A stretch of 64,000 nucleotides of DNA from an uncultured Candidatus Saccharibacteria bacterium (GTDB lineage Bacteria; Patescibacteriota; Saccharimonadia; Saccharimonadales; Saccharimonadaceae), in the NCBI GenBank assembly GCA_947306745.1, contig CAMZHH010000001.1, positions 1,000-64,999 of the forward strand, in the 5' to 3' direction. Below, piece after piece: positions 28,950 through 37,051 of the stretch. Position 1 is the first letter of the stretch. Each line of letters begins with the position of its first letter. Made by a program: the position numbers and the translations under genes. The notes beneath the pieces were generated by a model, which worked only from the letters and a program-made list of their open reading frames with translations, had not been told where the DNA came from and did no database searches.

Positions 28950-29029
28950 CACCCCCCCCTTCGATACAAGATGACAGGCAATAATTAGATTATATCACAC
29001 TTTGGCAAAAATGTCAATACAGCTCAAGC

Positions 29030-29404
29030 TTAGAACGCTAACTTAGCGCGAATTTCTTCAAATTCATCCTCGCGCAATTTGAGAGTCTTTCCATACTCCC
29101 AAGTTTCACTCAGTGGCGTTAAATGCACGTGTGCGTGCGGCACATCAGTACCTACAACCTTCATTACTACACGACGACCGGTCACTTCCTCCATGTGCTT
29201 TGCCACTTTCTTAACAGAGGCCCATAAAGCATTCCAATCATCATCTTCAAGATCATAAATCTTATCCACTTCAACTTTTGGTACTACAAGGGTATGACCT
29301 TTTGCTTCTGGATTTATATCAAGAAACGCATAAGTCTTCTCGTCTTCGTAAATCTTATAACTCGGAATTTCACCGTTAATAATCTTCGTAAAAATACTTG
29401 CCAT
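29030..29404 (-). CDS. HIT-family (histidine triad) nucleotide hydrolase
   Basis: 124 aa with the N-terminal IFTKIINGEIPS and the triad HAHVHL. Confidence 0.9.
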   Translation of the reverse strand: MASIFTKIINGEIPSYKIYEDEKTYAFLDINPEAKGHTLVVPKVEVDKIYDLEDDDWNALWASVKKVAKHMEEVTGRRVVMKVVGTDVPHAHVHLTPLSETWEYGKTLKLREDEFEEIRAKLAF

Positions 29405-29424
29405 ACCTTCATTATAACAGAGCA

Positions 29425-29450
29425 GGAAAAACCGGGCCTTACGGCCCGGC
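29425..29450 (-). terminator. intrinsic terminator
   Basis: On the minus strand: ccgggcc-gtaa-ggcccgg followed by T5, directly after the MraZ-like stop. Confidence 0.7.
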
Positions 29451-29452
29451 GA

Positions 29453-29734
29453 TTAGGCTTCAACCAGACGCAATACAACGCGACCAGATTCGTCCTTACA
29501 GACAAAAGCACTCTTTGCCTCACGGCGGAAATACTTCGACAAGGCGATTCGACCCTTCATATCGCATTTGCGCCTGCATTTTTCGGGCACTGGCTGATCG
29601 GTATAGGGTTCGATATAAACCAAGTCGACGCGCTCGTCCTCAACATAAATCACATAAGTGTTTCCAGGCTCAATATAACCGCTCAGGCAAATGCGTCCGG
29701 CTTTATCGATGCTAATTCCATCGTAAAACTTCAT
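29453..29734 (-). CDS. mini MraZ/AbrB-like protein with two DxxxR motifs (93 aa)
   Basis: The internal ATG 29734 is preceded by GGAGGTGG. The sequence has SIDKAGRICL and CDMKGRIALS, i.e. two D-x-x-G-R-I motifs like the duplicated MraZ DXXXR motif. The 49-aa hydrophobic N-terminal extension in the ORF track was rejected. Confidence 0.55.
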   Translation of the reverse strand: MKFYDGISIDKAGRICLSGYIEPGNTYVIYVEDERVDLVYIEPYTDQPVPEKCRRKCDMKGRIALSKYFRREAKSAFVCKDESGRVVLRLVEA

Positions 29735-30020
29735 GTTATCCACCTCCAGGAATGAAACTATAGCAAATGCTATCTCTATAATTATAACATAATTCACATA
29801 TTTAATCAACCAAACCGTATATGCTAAAATAAATATAAGCATGGACAACAATACGAATCCAACCAACCCAAGCCCTACCAATCCTCAGCCAACGCCACCT
29901 AATCCACCCGTCGCCAGTCCGTTTTCCAACTACCCACCAATGGGCACTATGACTATCGGCACCCCAGCTGGCGCTATGGGCACGACTCCATAACAACCAC
30001 AACCGCAGGGCGCAGCACCT

Positions 30021-30530
30021 ATGCCAAGTTCAGCTCCAATTCCGACTGTCGTACCGACTACTTATGGCGATAATCATATGCCAGAGGGGAAGCATAATAA
30101 AACCATTCTTATCATTATTATTGCTATCGTCGGCTTACTAATTCTCGGTGGCATTATTGTTTGGATTATCATATCAAACGGCAATAGTGTTCTATCATGT
30201 TCCAACACAATCACTGAGCAAAATGTCACTTATTACACTGAATTTACCGTCAACTTCAAGATGTACGTCGCGGACTCAGGCTCAGCTTATCAAAAAATCA
30301 CTTTCCCTTATCACATTAGCGAACGTTACGCGGAAGAATATCGCGAAGCACTTAAACAGAGCGAAACAGATAGCTTATACGATACTCTAAGCGTTCGCAT
30401 TGATGGAAATAGTATCATTACCGAAGGATCACTCCGCATCACAAATCTCGGCAAGAATCGCATCGGGAAGAGTAAAGAAGAGGTCATCGACATCCTCAAG
30501 GAAGACGGATTTGCCTGTAGAGAAAAATAA
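30021..30530 (+). CDS. single-pass membrane protein; probably the 3' part of a gene (from 29841) interrupted by an in-frame TAA
   Basis: 169 aa with the TM segment ILIIIIAIVGLLILGGIIVWIII. There is no RBS or promoter at 30021. An in-frame 50-codon Pro-rich ORF (29841-29993) with its own extended -10 lies upstream. Confidence 0.55.
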   Translation: MPSSAPIPTVVPTTYGDNHMPEGKHNKTILIIIIAIVGLLILGGIIVWIIISNGNSVLSCSNTITEQNVTYYTEFTVNFKMYVADSGSAYQKITFPYHISERYAEEYREALKQSETDSLYDTLSVRIDGNSIITEGSLRITNLGKNRIGKSKEEVIDILKEDGFACREK

Positions 30531-30534
30531 AAAA

Positions 30535-30563
30535 GCGACCCCCAACAAGGGGGTTGTTTTTTC
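30535..30563 (+). terminator. intrinsic terminator
   Basis: Hairpin cgaccccc-aacaa-gggggttg followed by T6. Confidence 0.75.
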
Positions 30564-30574
30564 GCTAGCCCTCG

Positions 30575-30765
30575 TCCTCTCGCAGAAGATTAAAAAATAC
30601 GACCACAAGGGTCGTCTTTTTAATCCTGGCGGAAGCGAGAGGATATAAACAATGCGCCGTTGCTTCGCCGGGCATTGGACGAACCTTAGGCTCTCATCCT
30701 CTCGCAGAAGATTAAAAATACGACCACAAGGGTCGTCTTTTTAATCCTGGCGGAAGCGAGAGGAT
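30575..30765. repeat. direct duplication (~70 nt x2, 52-nt spacer) of the tRNA-Ser(CGA) 3' end plus its 3' flank
   Basis: Copy 1 (30575-30644) and copy 2 (30697-30765) are identical except for one A in a homopolymer. Each contains the hairpin acgacc-acaa-gggtcgt and the last 18 nt of the tRNA (tggcggaagcgagaggat). Confidence 0.85.
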
Positions 30766-30835
30766 TCGAACCTCCGAGACATTGCTGCCCACACGATTTC
30801 GAGTCGTGCGCCTTCAACCACTCGGCCACGCTTCC
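30748..30835 (-). tRNA. tRNA-Ser (anticodon CGA), CCA encoded
   Basis: Reverse complement GGAAGCGTGGCCGAGTGGTTGAAGG...CTCGAAA...GGAGGTTCGAATCCTC...CGCTTCCGCCA, with a long variable arm. Confidence 0.9.
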
Positions 30836-30901
30836 ACGTATTATCTTATCATATTTAAGGCCACTCTGCACGTCCTGTATGCTAAAATTATCTTAAGCAA
30901 T

Positions 30902-31180
30902 ATGAAGAACGTTCAACCAAGCAAAAACGCGTCAGAGAGCCTCTCAGCCACTCAGAAGGACAATAAAGTCCTCATCTCGACTGTCTATCCTACAAAACAT
31001 CCACTTGAAACACCAAAAGAATACAAACCCCTACGCGAAATTGAATCTGCAACTTATATTAGCGACTATCGCAAAGAAAAATCTCGCAAAAATAGCATCA
31101 TTTTAACCATTGTCTTGCTCGGCATGGTCCTATTCGTCGCCGCTATCACTAGCTTGATTTTTGTTATTACCGGCCGATAA
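30902..31180 (+). CDS. small membrane protein (92 aa, C-terminal TM)
   Basis: The internal ATG lies 13 nt after an extended -10 (TGCTAAAAT). The upstream part of the ORF-track ORF overlaps the tRNA and was rejected. The TM segment is IILTIVLLGMVLFVAAITSLIFVI. Confidence 0.5.
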   Translation: MKNVQPSKNASESLSATQKDNKVLISTVYPTKHPLETPKEYKPLREIESATYISDYRKEKSRKNSIILTIVLLGMVLFVAAITSLIFVITGR

Positions 31181-31201
31181 CACAGAGAAGAAAAGCGCAA
31201 C

Positions 31202-31399
31202 AAAAAATGCCCAAATAGGCAACTTTTGATTCTCAAAAAATATTTCATAGAAAAAAATCGCCTAGATTGGTATTTTCTCTCTTTGAAATATTTTGAAGAC
31301 AAAATCGTCCAGATGGGTGTTTTCTTGGTGCCTCGCGCGACTAATGGTCGAGCGATGGCAACAAAAAACGCCCAGATGGGCGACTTTTGATTCAAAATA
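31202..31399. repeat. array of four A-tract/short GC hairpin/T-tract modules downstream of tRNA-Arg
   Basis: Two well-formed modules (tgcc-caaata-ggca at 31208-31221 and cgccc-agat-gggcg at 31369-31382), both followed by cttttgattc. Two degenerate modules lie in between. Confidence 0.6.
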
Positions 31400-31476
31400 T
31401 GGTATGCCCGATACGATTCGAACGTACGACCTTCAGCTCCGCAAGCTGACGCTCTATCCAACTGAGCTACGGGCAC
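31400..31476 (-). tRNA. tRNA-Arg (anticodon GCG as read), CCA encoded
   Basis: Reverse complement GTGCCCGTAGCTCAGTTGGATAGAGCGTCAGCTTGCGGAGCTGAAGGTCGTACGTTCGAATCGTATCGGGCATACCA. It folds as a 77-nt cloverleaf with anticodon loop TTGCGGA. Confidence 0.85.
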
Positions 31477-31605
31477 ATATGTGGATAACATCAGTCATTT
31501 GAGACTGATATTATTCCACCGTCAAAGATTAAAAGACCATCGCACCATAGATGCAACGTAGCTATTATAGCACAAATCTTCAAGAGGTGCTATACTAATT
31601 TTATT

Positions 31606-32346
31606 ATGGCAGATCCAAAGAATAAATCAGGTGGAATCAAACCAAAACTTCAAAAAGCCAAAGCTAAATTTTTACAGACATACTACAGCAATCCCGCCAA
31701 GGATCTTCGCATTATTGCAGTCACCGGCGACCATGGTCGTGATGTTACTGCTCATTATATCCAGAGCATCCTTAAGTCTAAAGATGAAAAGACTGGTATT
31801 ATCCTCGATCCGAAAACTACTTCTGAACTCTATAAAAAGCTCTACCAAATCTGGAAGACCGGCACTGACCATGTAGTCATTTCTGCCGATAGTGCCGCTA
31901 TCGCTAATCATCTCTTCTATGGAATGCCAATTTATACTGCCGTTCTCACCGACACCACCGAGCCAAAAACTATTGCCACCGATAGCATTTCCGCCGACGA
32001 CGCCAAGGGCATCCTCTTTAATACTCAGCCTACCTTCAGTATCCTCAATCGCGACGATGCCAACTACGATTTCTTCACTAAGTACCCAACTAAGACCGCT
32101 ATGCTCAGCTACGGACACGAGCGCAGCTCTGACCTTTGTATTCAGCGCCATAAAGTTTATAAAGTTGGCACTGAGGCTACTTTTAAGTACAAAGAAGAGA
32201 AGTTCGACGTCGCTACTTACATTACTGGCGAAGAGGCTACACACTACATGGCCGCTGCTGCTCTCACCGCTTTCGCACTCGGTCTCAGTTCTTCCGATAT
32301 TACCGACGGCATTGCCGACTACGAGCCTCAGGAATCGAAAAAATAA
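31606..32346 (+). CDS. Mur-ligase-like protein with degenerate P-loop, lacking the C-terminal domain
   Basis: 246 aa. IAVTGDHGRDVT replaces the Mur ligase VTGTNGKTT P-loop, and the layout otherwise resembles a Mur ligase central domain. The protein ends where domain 3 would start. Confidence 0.5.
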   Translation: MADPKNKSGGIKPKLQKAKAKFLQTYYSNPAKDLRIIAVTGDHGRDVTAHYIQSILKSKDEKTGIILDPKTTSELYKKLYQIWKTGTDHVVISADSAAIANHLFYGMPIYTAVLTDTTEPKTIATDSISADDAKGILFNTQPTFSILNRDDANYDFFTKYPTKTAMLSYGHERSSDLCIQRHKVYKVGTEATFKYKEEKFDVATYITGEEATHYMAAAALTAFALGLSSSDITDGIADYEPQESKK

Positions 32347-32361
32347 TTTGTAAAGGACAAT

Positions 32362-33213
32362 ATGATTAACCAAAAACTTATGGTTTCCGGTGCCGACTAT
32401 TTTGCGGACACCTACGAAATTAACCCTTACTACACTCAAAGCGCTATCGATATCGAAAAAGCTAAAGCCGAGCACGCTCTAATTCTTGACTGCTTTCGTG
32501 AAGCTGGTATTGAACTAGTTAAAGTCGATCCACCAAAAGATTGCCAAGATGGCGTCTATACCGCCAACTGGGCCCTCGTTAAAGACGGCGTAGCCGTTCT
32601 CGCGCGTTTGCCAGAAGCTCGTCGCGCCGAAGAAGCTGTTGCATGCAAATATTTACAAGAGCAGGATATTAAAGTAGTTCAGGTTCCAGATAATTACTTA
32701 TATTCTGGCCAGGGCGATTCGCTCCGTTGCGGTAAATATCTCATCGGCGGTCGCGGTTACCGTTCAGATCCTGAAGCTCAACAATTCGCCGCCGAGACTC
32801 TTGGTCTCGAATTAGTCCAAGTCCACGCCAAGCCACAGCTCAATTCTGATGGTAGCCCACATATCAACCCATACACCAACCATGCCGATAGCTTCTGGTA
32901 TGATCTTGATCTTGCCGTTTCTGTCATTGATGAGCAAACAATCGCTTACTGCCCAGGCGCCCTTGACGAAGAGTCTAATCGTAAGCTTGAAGACCTTCAT
33001 GATCTCGATAAAATCATCGTCGATTACGACGAGTGCACAAAAGGTTTCGCTAATAATCTCGTCAGCACCGGCAAGCATGTCATTATGTCCAATAAAGCTC
33101 CAAAGCTCCAAGCCGAACTCGAAAAGCGTGGCCTTATCTGCCTCACGCCGGACGTCACCGAGCTTAAAAAGGGCGGTGGTTACATTCGCTGCGTCAGTCT
33201 CTGGCTTAGCTAA
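32362..33213 (+). CDS. amidinotransferase / DDAH / arginine-deiminase-fold (guanidino-group modifying) enzyme
   Basis: 283 aa. The C-terminal GGGYIRCVSLWL matches the catalytic-Cys motif (GGGxxxC) of the superfamily. Confidence 0.65.
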   Translation: MINQKLMVSGADYFADTYEINPYYTQSAIDIEKAKAEHALILDCFREAGIELVKVDPPKDCQDGVYTANWALVKDGVAVLARLPEARRAEEAVACKYLQEQDIKVVQVPDNYLYSGQGDSLRCGKYLIGGRGYRSDPEAQQFAAETLGLELVQVHAKPQLNSDGSPHINPYTNHADSFWYDLDLAVSVIDEQTIAYCPGALDEESNRKLEDLHDLDKIIVDYDECTKGFANNLVSTGKHVIMSNKAPKLQAELEKRGLICLTPDVTELKKGGGYIRCVSLWLS

Positions 33214-33261
33214 AAATTATTGTTGAATAATTTTTTGCATCTCTTGGTATAATTATTTTGT

Positions 33262-34176
33262 ATGGCCAAAGCATTTACCACCAAAGCAGAGACCCGCAAT
33301 GGCTTTTTCGTCTCCGAAAAGCGCAAAGCTGTTTGGAAAATCCAACTTGAACTTTTTGACGAATTATACCGCGTCTGCAAGAAGCATCATCTTAAATTAT
33401 TCGGCGACAGTGGCACATTACTTGGCGCAGTACGCCACAAAGGCTTCATTCCGTGGGATGATGACATGGATTTCGTAATGTTCCGAAAAGATTACGACAA
33501 ACTTATGAAAATTGCGCCCGATGAGATTAGGGCGCCTTACTTCTTCCAGACACCATATACCGATCACGGTTTCGTGCGTCCTCATGCGCAACTTCGCAAA
33601 AACGGCACTACCGCCATGCTTTTGAACGAATCCACCAAAGTTAAATATCACCAGGGCATCTTCATTGATATTTTCCCGCTCGACTTTATTTCCGAAGATG
33701 AAGAAATCGAAAAGGCCCGTTTCGACGAGAAGATGTCTCGCATGCGCCTAGTCGAACGATGGTACGGTGATATGTTTGTCTCGAATGGCATTAAAGGCTC
33801 TATCAAAAAAATCCTACGCAGCCTAATCCCACATCCAAGTATTAAAAAGCTTTATAGAGATTTTGAATATTCCTGCTCCCACGTCGAAAAACCTAGTGAT
33901 ATCGTAGCACAAGTATCATTCTATGGAAAATATACCGACTATAAGCCCACCCCAGCAAAGTGTTTTAGCGAAATTATCTATTTACCATTTGAAGATCGTA
34001 AAATACCATTTCCGAAAGATACAGATACCGTCCTAAAAGCGTACTATGGAAAAAACTACATGAAGCCGGTCATGGATTCTTCTGCACATGGCGAATTAAT
34101 CCTCGATACTAAAAAAGATTATAAACAAGTTCAATCGGAATTGAAGAATAACACATATAAAATAGTTAACTTATAA
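33262..34176 (+). CDS. LicD-family phosphotransferase (phosphocholine/phospho-alcohol transfer to glycopolymers)
   Basis: 304 aa. GTLLGAVRHKGFIPWDDDMDFVM is the LicD signature. An extended -10 (TGGTATAAT) lies 8 nt before the ATG. Confidence 0.8.
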   Translation: MAKAFTTKAETRNGFFVSEKRKAVWKIQLELFDELYRVCKKHHLKLFGDSGTLLGAVRHKGFIPWDDDMDFVMFRKDYDKLMKIAPDEIRAPYFFQTPYTDHGFVRPHAQLRKNGTTAMLLNESTKVKYHQGIFIDIFPLDFISEDEEIEKARFDEKMSRMRLVERWYGDMFVSNGIKGSIKKILRSLIPHPSIKKLYRDFEYSCSHVEKPSDIVAQVSFYGKYTDYKPTPAKCFSEIIYLPFEDRKIPFPKDTDTVLKAYYGKNYMKPVMDSSAHGELILDTKKDYKQVQSELKNNTYKIVNL

Positions 34177-34185
34177 GGATCACAT

Positions 34186-35151
34186 ATGAAAGTAATCGAC
34201 TTTAATCAAATTAATTCTTTACATATTGAACCTTCCCAATGCTACGAATGGGCAGAGGAGATGATTAAGCACAAAGCCGACACATTATTACCCCCGAAAA
34301 CACACCTAAATATGCCAGATGGTGTTTTCTGCAACGTTATGCCAAGCCTATTATATCTACCAAACGGAAACTGGGGTGGCGTTAAGATGGTCACCCGTTA
34401 TCCAAAACGCGAGCCCGCTCTCGACAGTAAAATTGTTCTATTTAATTCGGACACCGGTGACTTTCTAGCCATCCTCGACGGCAACTGGATTACCGCTATG
34501 CGTACTGGCGCAGTTGCCGCTCATTCCATCATTACTTTGGCTAAGAAAAATTATTCTACCATGGGCATGCTTGGACTCGGCAATACGGCCCGCGCTACCT
34601 TACTTGTCCTCGCGTCACGAATAGGGAATAAAGAACTCAACATTAAACTTCTACGTTACAAAAACCAAGCCGAATTATTCCAAAAGCGTTTTGCAGACTA
34701 TAAAAATCTTCATTTCACAATCGTCGATTCCGTCAAGGAACTAATCACCGGCTCTGACGTCGTGGTTTCTTGCGCTACCTACTTCGATCACGACATAGCT
34801 AAAGATAGTTATTTCGATAAAGGCGTATTAGTCGTACCAGTCCACACGCGCGGCTTCACAAATTGCGATTTATTCTTTGATAAAATTTTCGCCGATGATA
34901 CCGGCCACGTACAAGATTTCAAAAACTTCAATAAATTTAAATCATTTGCTGAAATGACCGAGGTTGTAAATGGTCGCAATCCTGGCCGCGAGTCCGACGA
35001 TGAGCGTATCTTAGCTTACAACATCGGCGTATCTATGCACGATATTAACTTTGCAGCTCATGTATACGAGCAATTCGAGCAACAACCATCGAAGTTCAAT
35101 AAGCTCCAAGATATTGATATGCACGAGCCAACCGAAAAATTCTGGATTTAA
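34186..35151 (+). CDS. ornithine cyclodeaminase / mu-crystallin family protein
   Basis: 321 aa. ITAMRTGAVAAHSI and the LGLGNTARA Rossmann motif are typical of the OCD/mu-crystallin family. Confidence 0.7.
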   Translation: MKVIDFNQINSLHIEPSQCYEWAEEMIKHKADTLLPPKTHLNMPDGVFCNVMPSLLYLPNGNWGGVKMVTRYPKREPALDSKIVLFNSDTGDFLAILDGNWITAMRTGAVAAHSIITLAKKNYSTMGMLGLGNTARATLLVLASRIGNKELNIKLLRYKNQAELFQKRFADYKNLHFTIVDSVKELITGSDVVVSCATYFDHDIAKDSYFDKGVLVVPVHTRGFTNCDLFFDKIFADDTGHVQDFKNFNKFKSFAEMTEVVNGRNPGRESDDERILAYNIGVSMHDINFAAHVYEQFEQQPSKFNKLQDIDMHEPTEKFWI

Positions 35152-35725
35152 TTTAATAGAATTTTCTCAATTTCTTTCCAACCGGTGCGCCATTCGCGAC
35201 CAGCACAAATAATACCTTTTTGCCGCAATTCGTTTTCATCAAAATGTTTATTGTGATACGAAGGGAAGAGAATTTTCATCTCTACGTTATTATCAAAATT
35301 CTCAACCCGATCATCAATCTGAATATCCGCCGTAAATAAATGCTTCACCGACGTAAAAATGAAATGCTCAGGATCCAAAAACGGCAAATACTTAATTAAG
35401 AAATCGTATTTATCCGCAAACATTCTACCAGAGCCAGCAATATTCAGACGCGTCACGCAAGAAGAGTAGATGTAAATCTGATATTGTTGATTTAATTTCT
35501 CAATTACTTCAATCGCATCTGGCAATATATCTGGATTCTCATAGAAATTTCGTCCAGCCATAAATTTTTGCCATTCCTCAACTCTCTCTGGCGGGATTAA
35601 AGTCCGATCAATATAGAAATCCTCAATATCATCAATCTCATAATTTGTTCCCAAAAATTCATTTACCGCCGGCAAAAACCAGAAAAAGTTATGACTTCAT
35701 CAACATCAAGCAAGATGCTTTTCAT
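35148..35725 (-). pseudogene. HAD-superfamily 5'(3')-deoxyribonucleotidase-like gene with a frameshift in a T5 run
   Basis: ATG 35725 overlaps the murE stop (ATGA) and encodes MKSILLDVDEVITFSGF (HAD motif I, DxDxV), then stops. The main ORF (35148-35675) continues in another frame as LPAVNEF.... One extra T in the run at 35674-35678 would fuse the two. Confidence 0.6.
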
Positions 35726-36981
35726 TTCTTCTTAATCGTTTTAAGCGCTTTCTTGATTTCGTCTAACTCGTAATAATCATGCGCACCATCCGCGCGTTCA
35801 ATCGTTTTCTCGTTACCTTTGCCGAGGAAGAGCACCGTATCGCCTTTCTTGGCCATCTTACAACATTCCAAAATTGCGCTTGGACGATCGAGCACCTTAA
35901 AGAGATTGACGCCATCTTTTTTGCCTTTTTCGCGCGCACCTTCAGCAATCATCTCAAGAATTTCATCACCTGGTGTATCGCGGTCATCTTCTTCAGTTAA
36001 CATTACAATATCTGCGTACTTACCAGCTATTTCGCCCATCGGTTTACGCTTTGACGGATCGCGACGACCACCAGCCGAACCAAACATTACAATCAAACGA
36101 CCGCTCGTAGCTTTCTTCATATCTGGCAACAGCTTCTCAAAGGCATCTGGCGTATGTGCATAATCCATAATTGCCGTAAAGCTCTGACCTCCATCAATCT
36201 TTACCATCCGGCCTTCTACCTCAGTCAACGCATAAATACCTTTTGCAATTTCGTCATCCGTTAAGCCAAGACGTTTACCTACCGCTACACAGGCCAGGGA
36301 ATTGGAAACGTTAAATTGACCTGCAATACGCGTCTTAATGTGTAGATTCTCCGATGGAATATCATACTCAACGCCATCCGGCATCAATTTAACTTTCGCC
36401 GCCTTTAGCTTGCCACTCTTAATACCGTAAGTTGTGTATTCTTTAATATCCGTCTCAAAGTATTTTGCCGACGGATCGTCCGCATTAATCACGCCGTAAC
36501 GTGCTTTTTTGAAAAGTTTACGTTTCGCATCACGATAGCGTTCAAAGGTTTTGTGATAATCTAAATGCTCATGCGTTACATTCGTCATCACCGCAACATC
36601 AATCGGTATACCTAAGTCACGATGTTGAGCCATCGCATGACTCGTTAACTCAAGCACTAAATATTCCGCGCCTTCATTCGCAATCGTACGAATTCTTTCA
36701 TTTAACACCTTAGAATCGACCGTTGTCATATGTTCCATTTGTTCGTGAATCTCCGTCACGCCCCAACCAACTGTTGTCATTACACCAGTTTTATGGCCAG
36801 CCTCATTCAACATCTTCCAAATCATAAACGAAGTTGTTGTTTTACCATTCGTACCAGTGACACCAATCACGGTCAATTTTTTCCCAGGGAAACCGCTCTT
36901 TATACCATAAAAAGCCGCCTTACCGATGTGGTAGGGAATTACTAAACTATCATAAAAAGGAATTTTCTCTTTAATGCTCAT
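35722..36981 (-). CDS. murE: Mur ligase, MurE-like (UDP-MurNAc-dipeptide:diamino acid ligase), short N-terminus
   Basis: 419 aa with the P-loop IGVTGTNGKTTT, DYAHTPDAFEKLL and the C-terminal GKGNE. Only ~40 aa precede the P-loop, whereas typical MurE has an N-terminal domain of roughly 80-100 aa. Confidence 0.75.
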   Translation of the reverse strand: MSIKEKIPFYDSLVIPYHIGKAAFYGIKSGFPGKKLTVIGVTGTNGKTTTSFMIWKMLNEAGHKTGVMTTVGWGVTEIHEQMEHMTTVDSKVLNERIRTIANEGAEYLVLELTSHAMAQHRDLGIPIDVAVMTNVTHEHLDYHKTFERYRDAKRKLFKKARYGVINADDPSAKYFETDIKEYTTYGIKSGKLKAAKVKLMPDGVEYDIPSENLHIKTRIAGQFNVSNSLACVAVGKRLGLTDDEIAKGIYALTEVEGRMVKIDGGQSFTAIMDYAHTPDAFEKLLPDMKKATSGRLIVMFGSAGGRRDPSKRKPMGEIAGKYADIVMLTEEDDRDTPGDEILEMIAEGAREKGKKDGVNLFKVLDRPSAILECCKMAKKGDTVLFLGKGNEKTIERADGAHDYYELDEIKKALKTIKKK

Positions 36982-37009
36982 ACCTTTATTTTATCACTAT
37001 CTGATAACA

Positions 37010-37040
37010 AAAATATCCCCACCGTATGGGGATATTCTTT
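37010..37040 (-). terminator. intrinsic terminator
   Basis: 9-bp hairpin atatcccca-ccgta-tggggatat with a T-run on the minus strand, after the stop of 37052..37669. Confidence 0.7.
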
Positions 37041-37051
37041 TATTCGATATT

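Noticed and set aside
30686-31502. ORFs 30686-30871(-), the 5' part of 30782-31180(+), 31066-31491(-) and 31293-31502(+). ORF 44218-44418(+) is similar.
   Set aside because: They overlap well-folding tRNA genes or terminator-hairpin arrays. Only the promoter-proximal 30902-31180 segment was kept.
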